Source: Amoebidium appalachense
Lineage: Eukaryota > Protista > Ichthyosporea
Reading direction: 5' to 3'
Assembly: GCA_963693365.1 (NCBI GenBank)
Contig: CAVNZM010000008.1
Span: 5,418,310 to 5,482,309 of the forward strand
DNA length: 64,000 nt
This document shows, piece by piece, positions 1 to 22,548 of this stretch. Numbering within the stretch: position 1 is the first letter of the stretch; every line of letters starts with the position of its first letter. Below the pieces are notes generated by a model that saw nothing but the letters and a program-made list of their open reading frames with translations, made no database searches and was not told where the DNA came from. The translations under genes and the position numbers were made by a program.

Positions 1-2269
1 TAAAAAAAATTTGTCGAAGTTTGTCTCTGGCACACAAGGTTCTATCAGTGCGTCTAAAAAATAAATACGCAAGCGCAAAAGGGTCCATTCCAACCCTGAA
101 CTCAACTTGGCCCATTAGATTGGCCAATAGGAACAACACTACGCACCGGTGCGCAGTCTCTTATTGTAAAGACTTTCATTATTCTGATTGGTTACACTTT
201 TGATTTTCAATTAATTCGGTGGAATGACGCTGTTTGATTCGTAATCTATCACTACCTATTTGATTCCGGACAGTCATGCAAGTTGCGCGGCGGCCAACGG
301 GCAACGGACTCTGGACTTACAAATACACAAACTGTAGATCCATACACAAACGAAGCAGTTCTCATAGAAACCATCTCCTAAGTGTTTGTTTTTTTTATAA
401 TAACGAAATTATTTGCGCATGTAGGTACATTTTTGTGGACCGATAATGGAGCCGACATGCCTCAGAGTCATATGCGCGGCCCCGGGGGCCCACCCGGCGG
501 TTTACACATTACTATGGTCTACCCCATACCAAGTGTATAAATCTGGACCAATCGCCTTGCGCCACTGGCCCAAGGCCTCCTAAAGGTGTGCTATTTAGGT
601 GGCCTTGCACTGGCCCACTGAAGATCTTGACATTCCACCACGTTTCACTCTCCAAACAATGAACCTGGCAGAGCGCAAAACTTTTTCAGTTCATCTTGTT
701 CACGGCGGCTTCACGCTGTATTTCACGGAGACACCTAAGGTTGATAACCTACATAGAAATCGCTAAACCAGCCTCACTACTAGTGCAGGCAAAGATATGT
801 CCACTAAAAGCTTAACACTAAAGATATAAGTTGAAGCAATAGATAGAGGTGGTTGGCGTGCGGAACTGTACAGAAAAACACGCTGTTACCCACAAGAACG
901 TTATGGTAGGCACAGCCAACTGTGCTAGGGAACTGAAAGCAACAGACTTCGCAGGCTGCGCTGTATATTTTCCTTCTAATCATAGTTTTGTTATTTGCGG
1001 CAACGTTCTGCGCACACAACCAAGCCGTTACCCATTAAGTAGCTGTGGTGTAAACAACCAGCACAGGTTTCACTCTGTAGGCAAACATTCGGATTGGGTT
1101 TGGGTGGGTCATTGAAAGGGACAGGGCCAACCGCGAATATGCCGCGTAGGCGGCTGGTGCCCAACACACACGCTGGACGCCTTAACCACAAGCAGGTACG
1201 GAGCTGTGTGCGCATGTGCGCGGGCTCATCTGTGCCCCACTGGGATGCGCGTTCGTGTGCTGTGTGAAAGTGCACGTTCTGTGTTTTGTGTGTTTTTATG
1301 AATGTGTGTTCAAGTTGGATTACCGAGAGCGTGCGTGGGTGCCTGAACGCGTCTGTTCGTGTACGCGGGTGCTTGTACATATACAAGACACTTCCGCGTG
1401 CGTGTGTGTGTGCGTGTGTGTGTAGGCTTGTATGAGAAAGGGAAGTGTTTATGTGTGAGGTATAATACGGAGAAGTGGGGAGGGAGAGCCTTTGTGTGCC
1501 TACGTTCATATGAGCCCATTGTGCTTATGCGCGCCTGCAGGCGTGCCTGTACGTAATGGAATTCTGTGTCTGTTCAATCCTGCACGGGCACACACAACCG
1601 TACTTGCCGTCTTGTCCACCCTCCTCCATCATTTTCTTTTTGTCTGGCAAGGGGTTTTTTTTTTTTTTTAAGGGGGGGAGGGGGGGCTGTATGACTCACC
1701 TTCCCTCTGTCCCCGTTCCCTTTCACTATCTCTCCTCCTTCCCCACCTTTCCTCCTCCCCACCCTCCACCGGAGCGTGTCAGTGGAAGCCTCGTTGTACA
1801 AGTGTGCATGGTGTGGGGGCATTCCCAAAACTTGCACGAGCCCCAGCCAGTTCTTTGCTTCTTTTATGGACAACCATTGTTCTTTTCGGATTGCTTTTAT
1901 GTTCCTGCCTATTAATGCTTGCTGGCACCTACCGAGGTTGTTGCTAGTACTATTGTTTGTGAGCTAGTGCAGCTCTTTGTAAGTCCTATGCTACATGTTT
2001 TCCGAGGGCGTGACGATTTGGAGCCTTTTTTCTAATATCAGGCCCGGTTCGTGCAGGCCTGGGCAAATAGAACATGGAGGTAGCATAACAGTGAGGCGGG
2101 AGAGGGTGGGGTGAGGTGTGTGGGGTGGAGGGGGCGGAGAGAGGGGGAGGGAGGGAGGGGGCCTCCCAACTTGAGACTATGGAGCTGGTTGTAACAATAG
2201 GGGTTAGCTATGGCATGTGACGATGGCCGCAAAGTGTGCTAACAGTGACAATGCTACCTGGGTGCAGTA

Positions 2270-3830
2270 ATGGGGTGGTCGCTGGCCATAGGGCTCATTC
2301 CTCCTGCGCACGGGAGTGGGCCGGGCCAACACACAACAGCCAACCCGACTCGAAAGCTCCGACCCGGAACTCAGCCAGTTGGGCAGGAAATGGCCGGGGA
2401 AGGATGAGGCTCCGTTTATACCATTTTTGGAAGCACAAAAACCTTTAACATCTAGTGCAACTGACGATTCTTTAAGAATAGAGGAGGAATTTGGGCAAGA
2501 GGAATCATTTCAGCAGGCAAGACAATGGGACGGCCAAATTGCCCTTGCACCGCCACCCACCGCCCAGCCAAATTTAGACGAATATCAAATAGATACCCCA
2601 CCAGCACCACGAGGGTGGAACATAGACCCCCAACCGTACGAAATTTCTAATAGCATCCCCGAAGTAGACTGGCGAGTGGCGCCGGATGATGGAGACGCGT
2701 GTTCAGAATGTTGCCGAAAAGACGTAACCGGAGACAAAAAAGCGGAGTATTGGGCTGTGGGGTCTATGAGGTGTCTAGGGGAGTGCACGCACGCGGACGT
2801 ACCTGCAGTGTGTAGTGAAGACGGAGCAGGGGAGGAGGAGGGGTAGGTGGTTGCGGAAGCAGTTTCCAGAAAGATCAAGGTGTGGGGTGATGGCGGATAC
2901 GGTGGAGGGAATGGGAACACGGAGTGACCCGTACTGGCAAAGTGTGGAAAAGATAAGCGTTGACGGTAGGTGTTTTCAGTTTCACACCTCTCAACGCGCA
3001 AGTGTGGACACACACATGCATACACACACACACACACACACACACACGGGCATTGATGTAATTGAACCTCAGATGGAAACAAACACGCACACACACATTG
3101 CATACACGCACACATGCGCACATGCACGCACGCATCCACGCACGCACGCGCACACGCGCGCGCACACACACACAAACACACTCGACACGCACAAGGACAC
3201 TACACAGACACACATGCGCACATGCACACTCAAACACGGCTGCATGTCATACTTGTACTTAAACACATTAGCATCGGTTGTGTGTGGTGCCCAGCCCTTC
3301 CTTTCCGATCTAAATGATGACTATATTTATTCCTCTAATGCGTTTTTAAACACATTAGCATCGGTTGTGTGTGGTGCCCAGCCCTTCCTTCCCGATCTAA
3401 ATGATGACTATATTTATTCCTCCAATGCTGTCTTTGCAAAGTTTTTTGCATCATATAGACATTTTTCTCCCCCATCATCCCCCCCCCCCCCCCCCCCCCC
3501 TCCCCTCCCCTCCCCTCCCCTCCCCCCCACGAACTGCTATTATGTTTCTAGTTTGGTTTTGATTTATGGAACTTTGTCTTTGCTTTTATGTTTCCCTCCC
3601 TCTGATGCGAGCATACCCCCTTCTTTCCCCCTCCCCTTCCCCCCCCCTCCCCCCCCCCTCCCCCCGTCCTTTCCCCCTTCCAACTCCCGGGGATTGCCTG
3701 ATGAGGCCAAAAAGACACAGATAGTAGGCTATGGGATTCCTCCGGTTTGCCTTTTTCTTTGACCTGCCACAAGTACACGGATGTGCATGCACGCACACAC
3801 ATAAACATACTCACATGCGCACGGACACAT

Positions 3831-3863
<33 letters not shown>

Positions 3864-4198
3864 AACGCACACACGCACAAACACAAGCACAAACACACAC
3901 ACATACACATGCACACACACACACCATTCAGCCATTCACGTACACGTATGCGCGCGCGCACGCAGCCCGTCATAGTTCTATGATGTCTCGGATGTTTCTG
4001 TTTTGCCGTGTTGTGTTTTCAATCTTGTTATTTTTATATATAACATTATCATTTTATCATATAGTCCCATTCCCTACTGCATACAACCCGCCATCCCCTC
4101 CTCAATGCCCCTCCCTGATGTATCCCGTCCCCCTGCTGACCCCTCCCCCCCCCCCCCCCCCCCAAGTATTAAAAAAAACCCTGGGCAACTCCTCCCTT

Positions 4199-4246
<48 letters not shown>

Positions 4247-5434
4247 CCCAAGCCGGCGCAACAGGGTTGCCTTGCAGGGCAGCACGGGTGCTCTGCTTTT
4301 GCCACGTGCATTCTAGACTCTTCCATGAAGCCCAAATGCACGTGCAAGTCAGGTTATCTGGGTGACGGTCAGAATTGTATTCCGGGAAAAAAATTGCCCT
4401 CGGGTGAGCGGACACAAGCACCCGTCCCCACACAGGGAGGAGGGAAACCCACGCAGACGCAGGAAGCAACACGGACACCGAGTCCTTCAGAGGGTAGGTG
4501 GTGTCATTTTTTATTTGTGATTTTTTATATTTACTTTGATATATATATATATATATTGGGGGGGGGGGGGGGGGGGAGGGGGAGGTGGTGGCGTTTTTTT
4601 TTTGTTTTTTTTTTTGAGAGGGGGGGGGGGGGTAGGTTATGAAAAGGAGGCAACAATGCACGTTGCGTTCAGTATAAGGTTACAGGAGAACGAGAGATTT
4701 GTGCAGCCGGGCATTCACTCTGCTTGTTTGCCCAGGCAATCTTGGTTTGTAATGCTTGCCTGCTTATCGTGATTTTTTTTTTCTTTTTTCTTTTTCCCTG
4801 CTCCTAAAACAACCGTGCTTGTCATTGGCGGCAACATCTCACGCTCCCGTCTTTCCTGGGTGCTCACCGTCCCTCTCCCTCTCTATTTCGAGTTTTGTTC
4901 ACACTCGTTCTTTCAAGTTTTTGCACGCACCCTTTTTGCCACCATTCACACTCTCCCACCAAATCTCTTATGAAAAAAGGAACTCTCAAGTTCTTTCACT
5001 CCCCAAATTTCACTGCTTCACCTGCATACAATCTAAAAAATTTACGATTTCACCCTAACCTTACTTCCCCCTAGATCTTCAATGCGATCCAAATTCCAAC
5101 AGCTGCGACGATAACGCAGCCTGCTACGTTGACTCTAAGGACCCCTCACCAGAGCGCTACACGTGTAAATGCAATCCGGGATATAATGGTGATGGATATA
5201 CCTGCGAAAAAGACCAAAGGTGTAGTGGTGGCTATGTATGGAGGGGGGGGAAATGTGTGGATTTGGACGAGTGTAGTGAGCGGAGATATAACGACTGCTC
5301 GCCTCATGCCCTCTGTACAAATATGGTGAGTCGATCTGTGTTTTGTCCCCTCCCCCCATCCCCCCCCCCCCCCCCCCCTCGTCATCCACTCCTTATGTCA
5401 CCCCTCCTGCCCTTGGCCATGCACATATACACGT

Positions 5435-5498
<64 letters not shown>

Positions 5499-5783
5499 CA
5501 GAACACGAACACATAAACCATGCACGCACGCGTACACGTGCCCATGCATACCGACGTGCACACGTGCACACATACACACGAACACACAATGCACGTAATG
5601 GCACACTCACGTCAGCACATGCACAAGTACCTTTGTAGCTCACATGCACAAGTTCACATCTAATTCGGCATGTCGCCGTTCCAATAATGTTTTCTAACCA
5701 TCACTCCCCTTCCTTTCTGCCTCATCCAACCCATTCCTATCAATCACATTTATACACCCGCTAGCACCTGTGTGCATACATAT

Positions 5784-5827
<44 letters not shown>

Positions 5828-6288
5828 AGCCCGGGGACTACGACTGCCAGTGCCTCCCCGGATGGGACGGGCCAGGGCACGAGTGTGTGGATGTGGACGA
5901 GTGTGCACGTGGCACACACACGTGCAGTAAAAATGCAAAGTGCACAAATATCAAGGTACAGAGTGTGTGTGTGGGGGGGGGGGGAGGGGGCTTGCTGAAT
6001 GAGTTAGATACAGAGGACGTGTGTGGGCGGATGTGGCATTCATATACAAATATGTACAGGCAATATGGTTTAAGCAAGTACACAACCACAAACTTTGAGG
6101 TCATATGTCGATCACTTGCACAGACAGACGTAAGAATACAAGTGCACACACGCAGGTATAGGCAATAAGATGAATACGACCACATGCACACACGTACAGT
6201 CAATGAGGCAAAGGCAACCACGTGCGCACACACACGAACAGGTTCTTGTGAACACAAGCACACACGTATCGGGATAGGGGGGCGCACA

Positions 6289-6345
<57 letters not shown>

Positions 6346-7073
6346 ATGTGCGCATATGCATGTGCATATATGTATCCCGATTTACGTGTTCGTGGGGTGG
6401 GTGAATGTAGATATGTGCATGTGTATTGTAAGGAGGAGGTGGGGAGGGGGGTCTTCATTTCTAACACCAGTATTTGGGAACAGGGGAGCTACAAGTGTGC
6501 TTGCAATAAGGGCTACACCGGCAACGGTCTAAATTGCGTCGCCGAGAATGGAACCCCCTGTCCAGGGGGATACAAGCTCCAGGGGGGCGAGTGTGTGGAC
6601 ATTGACGAGTGCAGCGGTGTCGACGACGCGAAACTTTGCGGGGAGGGGGGTTCATGCCAAAATACGAAGGGGAGCTATACGTGCACGTGCCCAAACGGTT
6701 ACAAACTGAAATACGGAAAGTGCGTTTTCTTTGGTGACGGCCTGAAAACCCCGGAAACTCAAACCGAAAATCCGGCCCAACACTCCGATTACTGCAGTGA
6801 AGCGGCGCGCGCGATCTGCGAGGAACGAAAAGCGTGGTGTGTGGTGAATTCCTCGGGTGCAGCGGGATGCCGGTGCATGGGGGGTTATGTTGCACAAAAG
6901 AATGGGGATGGAATGCGGAGATTTTGCGTAAATGATGACGAATGCGCGACGGGGACCCATCGGTGCGATCCGGTTGGTGGAAAGTGTGTGGATACGATTG
7001 GCTCGTACACGTGTGGGTGTGTGGTTGGGTTTGAGGGCAATGGTTTGACGTGTACACCTTTGGGTATGTAACC

Positions 7074-7122
<49 letters not shown>

Positions 7123-8154
7123 AAAAAAAAAAAAAACCCCAACCCCCCCCCCCCCCCTCCCCCCACGATAAAAAGAAGACGAAAAGAAGAGAGGAAGAAA
7201 TTGTATTATACACAGATGCACATACACTCAAGTACACAGCACACACACATGCGCGCACGTGCACACACACAGGTACGGGCACACTGTCACCACAGTCACA
7301 CACACACACGCACACATATTTGTAAGTGCATGTCATCCATGAGTACCTCTCCATAGATGAAATAATAAAGGCATATATCAATCGTGTATGGGGTGAATTG
7401 GTTCCGAGCTACTTAAAACTTAAAAACCGTATAGAAGAAGAGCGGGAGAGAAGAAATAACAGTTGGATAGTAGGCCAATGATCTGCAAACGTGCTTGGGT
7501 CTTCATCGTGTCTGTAGTGTTGTGTGTTCTCTGTACAGTGCGTTCTGTCGTGTTATCGTGCTATCATGCACCATGTTTATGTGTTAGAACCCGACGTTTA
7601 TGCATTATGATTTGCACTTTTCTCCGCCGCCCCCCCCCCCCCCCCCCCCCCCCTCCCCCCCCCTCTTATCCCAACTGCCGTTGAAGTACAGAATGGGTTG
7701 GGGACCATGCGTGAACAGCTAAACGGGTAATCCCTGCTCATTTGTGAAAGCGTTTGACCCCTCCCTCTGATGATGGGCTCAGTTCAACAAAAGCTCCTGC
7801 CGGCACAAAGAAGGCTTACAATTTTTTTTATACTTAATAGTGGCCACAATAAGGTTTACCTTACCCTCATCCATACATCCCCCCCCCCCCCCCCCCAAGT
7901 TCAGTTGATGCTGCTGTCTGAGTTGGAGCGTCGTATATACGCGGGCTAAGGGGTCGAAACTCAGACGCAATTGATGACTTGGGCCCTCCCTGAGGATGGG
8001 CTCTGCTTATGACGCATACTGTGCGCATGGCTGATGCTGCATAGTTGAATGTTTGCCTTTGCATGTGTCCTGCACCATGCTTCTCATCGTGTATGCGTAC
8101 TTCGTACTGTGTTCCGCATTCAACCCACCCCCCCCCCCCCCCCCCCCCCCCCGC

Positions 8155-8211
<57 letters not shown>

Positions 8212-8989
8212 TACAGCTTTGGTTACTTATGTTTCTTCATCCACAGAAAATACACCCACAGTGCAAGAAGTACCCACACCAACCCCAGGGCCAGCTACAA
8301 GTACGCCCTTGCCAACAACAATAACAACACCTCCCCCTCCCCAGCCTCCAACCACCACAACCACCACAACCACAACGAAAACAACCACAACCACACCACC
8401 ACCACCACCACCAATTACAACGCCCCCTCCCCCACCTCCTTCGACCACCACCACAACAACAACAACAAAAACAACAACCAAACGGCCACCACCACCAACC
8501 ACCACCACCACCAGCGTCCCAACCGATTCTACTGACGAAGAATTTCCCGATCTTGAAAGTGAAATTGACAGTTCAACTCCAACGACCACCACCATCACTT
8601 CAAACCGCAACCCGCCAACACCGCCCATCCCCTCAGTCACAAATATCACTACTCGCACCGAACCACGCACCACCACCACCACTACTACTAAACTTACCAC
8701 CACCATCACACCCACCACCACCACCACCACCACCACCACGACAACAGCAACAACAACAACGACGGCCACAACCACCACCACAACCCAAAGCGTGATCGCA
8801 GCGACAACGAGCGGATTTGAGATCCAATCGGGGAGTTCGAAGGATTGCACGATCGATTTCGATTCTGCATACAAGGATTTGGGCCTCAGGGGGGACCCTA
8901 ATTCCTTTTATGGCAAGTACGGGGTGACGTTTGGCAACGCCACCTTGTATGGGTTGGTCAACACAGGAACGGACATGGAGAACTGGTAC

Positions 8990-9021
<32 letters not shown>

Positions 9022-9109
9022 GCGTGTGCGTGTGCGTGTGTGTGTGTGTGTGCGCGCGCGCGCGTGTAAGGGGGCGAAGGTTGAGGGGATGGGGGATGGG
9101 GAGTGCATG

Positions 9110-9140
<31 letters not shown>

Positions 9141-9779
9141 TTCTTGCCATTATCTGAACAGTAGGTGAGTCAGTAATGGTGCCTCCTTTTGAATGGCTGT
9201 ATTTCTGTGTGCGTGCTGTGTATGCATGCATAGGCATCTGTGCTCTTATGGTGTTTATTTGCGTGTGTGCGCGTGTTCATGTGTGCTTGCTCACAAAAAA
9301 TGTGGACACGTGCTGTTTGTGTGTGGGTGGTTTTGGGAGTGGGGAGGGAGGGGGGGGGGGGGGGGGAGGGGGGGGGGCATTCACATTTTGCATGATCCTG
9401 CCAACAATTCAATTTCTTCTTAAACATTTTCTGATCAACCACTCCCTGCAGGTCTTTAAACAAAGACGGCACGGTATTGGGGCTGTGGGATGTGGCCCAC
9501 TCAATTTCATTTAAAGAACCCGTGAGAGGCGTCAGTCTTGACTTCATCGCGCCAAATACGGCAATCATTGACGTTACCGCCACCGCCTTCCTAAACGGGA
9601 AAAGTGTCGCCGTGGTGACTGGAGCAACAGACGAGAAAGAAATTCACGTGATATTAAATTTTAACGACCAACTAGATAGAATAGCGTGGGCGGATGTGGG
9701 GGTGGGTGGCGATGGAGGGTATGGATTGGATAATGTTAGATATACTACCACCTCCCCGAATTTGGACTGTCCGCCATAG
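2270..9779 (+). CDS. Secreted multi-EGF (4 calcium-binding EGF) protein with Thr/Pro mucin-like stalk and C-terminal globular domain
   Basis: Phase-consistent GT-AG exons 4245-4493, 5075-5325, 5830-5955, 6484-7063, 8217-8985 and 9452-9779 (TAG). They encode 7 six-Cys EGF modules (DLDEC, DVDEC, DIDEC, NDDEC calcium motifs), two 2-Cys half modules, a long T/P-rich tract and a final ~150-aa domain. No C-terminal TM helix. The 5' exon (~2270/2316-2842) is uncertain because it needs two 1-nt frame corrections or missing exons. Confidence 0.88.
3260..3429. repeat. 87-bp tandem duplication in an EGF-gene intron
   Basis: AAACACATTAGCATCGGTTGTGTGTGGTGCCCAGCCCTTCC...TATTCCT(C/T)AATGC occurs twice, nearly identical. 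Confidence 0.9.
7895..8125 (+). mobile_element. Dispersed repeat family A (ends in GCATTCAAC + poly-C), subfamily 1
   Basis: Close reverse-complement match to 58121-58350. Flanked by poly-C on both sides. Confidence 0.8.
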
Positions 9780-10438
9780 TGTATATCCATGTGGTATCTC
9801 GTTGATTGGATAGTCTAATATACATCTCCACTACCCCGAATTTTGAAGTTTCTGTGCGCGCCATAGTGTATATCCATAAATTTTCTCGTTGCAATTTTTC
9901 ACAGTTTAACCGTAAAGAATAATGTAGCTACGCTGGGGTCGTGGTGATACCTGTAATGTATGTAACTGTCAATGATAGTAGTTTCTGTCACCTTTAACGG
10001 TACAGTACACACCTGAGAGCCTTTAAGGCTGGTTTCTATCTAAAGATATTTAGATGATCCTCTGATGTGTGTCAAAGTGCAATTGAGTAACTGGATCTTG
10101 TTTGTCCAATCGATTAGTGTATAACAGTCTGATTTTTCAGAATGATAAAGGCTGTAACTTTCAAAAAGTTGATTGACCATGAACCTTTCGAATTCATATG
10201 TATATGCATGCACTGCCTCGTTGCCCCTCTCCAACCCCTCACCACCACCACCACCACCACCACCACTAAAAAAAAAAAAAAAAAAAAAACTCAAGCGGAC
10301 AGTCAAGAACACATGCACACACATACATGTACACACCCGCATACGAAGAGCGATGGCCATCATAGCACGTGCACACACACTTTTTGCCCATGTATATATA
10401 AACCTCAGATGCATTCGTCCATAGGTTCACATGTACAT

Positions 10439-11311
10439 ACACCACACATGATACGTCCTTATGAGCACATAGATACCCAAAGACTTGGTAAGCAGAACAA
10501 AAACGCCACAAACACCACACATGATACGTCCTTATGAGCACATAGATACCCAAAGACTTGGTAAGCAGAACAAAAACGCCACAAACACCACACATGATAC
10601 GTCCTTATGAGCACATAGATACCCAAAGACTTGGTAAGCAGAACAAAAACGCCACAAACACCACACATGATACGTCCTTATGAGCACATAGATACCCAAA
10701 GACTTGGTAAGCAGAACAAAAACGCCACAAACACCACACATGATACGTCCTTATGAGCACATAGATACCCAAAGACTTGGTAAGCAGAACAAAAACGCCA
10801 CAAACACCACACATGATACGTCCTTATGAGCACATAGATACCCAAAGACTTGGTAAGCAGAACAAAAACGCCACAAACACCACACATGATACGTCCTTAT
10901 GAGCACATAGATACCCAAAGACTTGGTAAGCAGAACAAAAACGCCACAAACACCACACATGATACGTCCTTATGAGCACATAGATACCCAAAGACTTGGT
11001 AAGCAGAACAAAAACGCCACAAACACCACACATGATACGTCCTTATGAGCACATAGATACCCAAAGACTTGGTAAGCAGAACAAAAACGCCACAAACACC
11101 ACACATGATACGTCCTTATGAGCACATAGATACCCAAAGACTTGGTAAGCAGAACAAAAACGCCACAAACACCACACATGATACGTCCTTATGAGCACAT
11201 AGATACCCAAAGACTTGGTAAGCAGAACAAAAACGCCACAAACACCACACATGATACGTCCTTATGAGCACATAGATACCCAAAGACTTGGTAAGCAGAA
11301 CAAAAACGCCA
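10439..11311. repeat. Perfect 73-bp tandem array, ~12 copies
   Basis: Unit ACACCACACATGATACGTCCTTATGAGCACATAGATACCCAAAGACTTGGTAAGCAGAACAAAAACGCCACAA is repeated with no visible variants. The ORF track recurs every 73 nt. Confidence 0.97.
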
Positions 11312-12184
11312 TATTAATGCATGTAAACGTACCGGTGTAAACATGTGCGTACGTACGCCTTACTCAGGCTCGTGTGGGGCATCTGTTACCATGCAGCGCA
11401 GCGAGTGCATTAAGTGCTTACTGTTTTACTACTTTTAAATGACCAGGCATGATTGGTCCAAGCTTTATTCATAGCTGTGCTGCAGTATGCATCACGGTGG
11501 TTCAGATCATACTCAACCGAGTGAAAATACACTAAACTTACAGCACCCCCACGTGCACCAAATACGGGCAGATGGCTTAAACCCGGTAAATATGCCGAAA
11601 TCCGTTATCCAAAAACCCGGATTTCTTATATCCTATGGTACCTGCACCACACAACTGCTCTACCCTACCCACATTCAGGCTGATCACCGGCCCCTTACAC
11701 TAAACTTTGGTGCACATCTGAAAAACTGACACATGATGGGAGATGTGATTTATGTTAATGTGTGTGTGTGCGCTTTTGGTTTCCCCTGCACTTTGTAAGC
11801 GCGTGCGTGCCCCGGTGTGCATGTGGTTGGGGGTGTGCGTGCGTGTCTGTGTCTACAAATGTAGCATAAAACTGGATTAAAATAAGATAAGCCTGTAACT
11901 TAATTAAATCCCATGTTGTACAACCTGGTAACAAATCCACCGAGTTTGTGTCCTATACCTAAATGTTTGATTGCCGGATGTCGGATTGCAGATGTGTGCA
12001 GGTGCGCACGCCCACGCACGTGCGTGTGTGCATGGAAGTATCCGTGTGTCCGTGTTCCTGTTCGCCCTATGTCTCTATATATGCCCTAACGTGTCTTTGC
12101 CAATACCAGGGTGCACATATACATTCACCGTGTGTGTGTGTGCACATACACATGCATATATGCCCACCCACACCCCACTTTTAC

Positions 12185-17156
<4,972 letters not shown>

Positions 17157-17963
17157 CTTCAAATCTTTTCAAAGTGAACAAGATAGAAATGGGGGTTGAA
17201 CATGTACAAGGATAAAAGAAATGGAAAAGCTGCCTGTAGCAAAAGTGTAAAGTTGTAATGGTCTAAGTGTGAGTGTCAGTTTTTTTTACACCCATGTACT
17301 ATTGAAGAAAATAGGTAGCGGGTGTTTACTCTCGAAGCCTTCGTCAAATTGTCAGTAAGCAGAACTGATGTGGTCTTCTGCTAACACAACCACCAGCCAT
17401 GTGTGTGTCACTGAAGAAGTTGCAAGACCATTCCTCTCACTGATCAGGGTCTTAACGCAGTGTATTTTCACATAAACACAACCCAGCCCTTTTTTTTTTT
17501 AACGCTCAACCCTACCCCTTTAGCTAACAACTCCAATCCTCTGTGCTGCACTGTGTCGCTTGTTCGACAGTCTTGACTTCGTTATGATTTTTTGTAGGTT
17601 TGGTATAACCGTGACCAAGACACTTTTGATTGGTTGTTGATGACTTGAATAGCCATATATAGTTATAGTGGTGCTGTTTCGACCAATCGTTCTATGCCGA
17701 TGCTGCGCAGCCCGCGAGCGCTGGCTCAGGCGCCGGCTGTCACTGAAAGCCCTGGCCGGGCCGGCCAGTCTCAGACTGGCCTTCGAAAAAACATGGAAAG
17801 TAGTCAGGCGTCTATAAATAGGGGGCCATGGTTGCTTATAGCCCCGGGGATAGCGGGCACGCTGTCGCTTTTTTTCTCGCCACGTTCTGACGTTGAGAAA
17901 CCTGCGGTAATCGTAAAAATACTGCTGTGAGGGTAGCTGGGCCGGACTGCCGTCTTGCAGGTG

Positions 17964-21938
<3,975 letters not shown>

Positions 21939-22388
21939 GGTGAAGAATCGGGAAAAAAAGTTGACTTGACAGCTGAGATCGAAGTAAACGTGAAGTCCCA
22001 TTTTTTCAGTCTATCTATACACCTAAATACATATTACCTTCCTGTAGAACTGGTCTTTCTCTAGCTGATGGTATTATTGATCAATTACCACGCTTTTACT
22101 GTACACGTGCTATACAGTGGAGATCTAATAAGTATAAGGTGGCATCATTTGCATGCCCAAACAACACACACACACACCAGTTTAACCGGTCATGTATCGC
22201 CAAATGTAGTTTGATAGACCACATAATACCGCAACACACACACGTCACATTCACAACAGACACCCAGAAAGATAGCCTACCTGTAAATTACAACATCCTT
22301 GATTTTATACTAAACACGCGTAACTACGACCTGTTTATTAGATGTATTGATTGGCTTGAGAAACACATCACTACAAAATTATAGCGCA

Positions 22389-22457
<69 letters not shown>

Positions 22458-22489
22458 CCAGCTGATACCGAGTGTCCCGAGGGGAGCCC

Positions 22490-22548
<59 letters not shown>

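Noticed and set aside
7945-8005. Hammerhead ribozyme in family A (CTGAGGA-T-G plus upstream CGAAAC)
   Set aside because: Stems II and III and the NUH site do not form properly, and GAAA is absent at the matching position of the 32-kb copy.
10439-11311. CRISPR array or repeated 69-aa ORFs
   Set aside because: Units are identical with no variable spacers and no cas genes. The ORFs are by-products of the 73-bp period.
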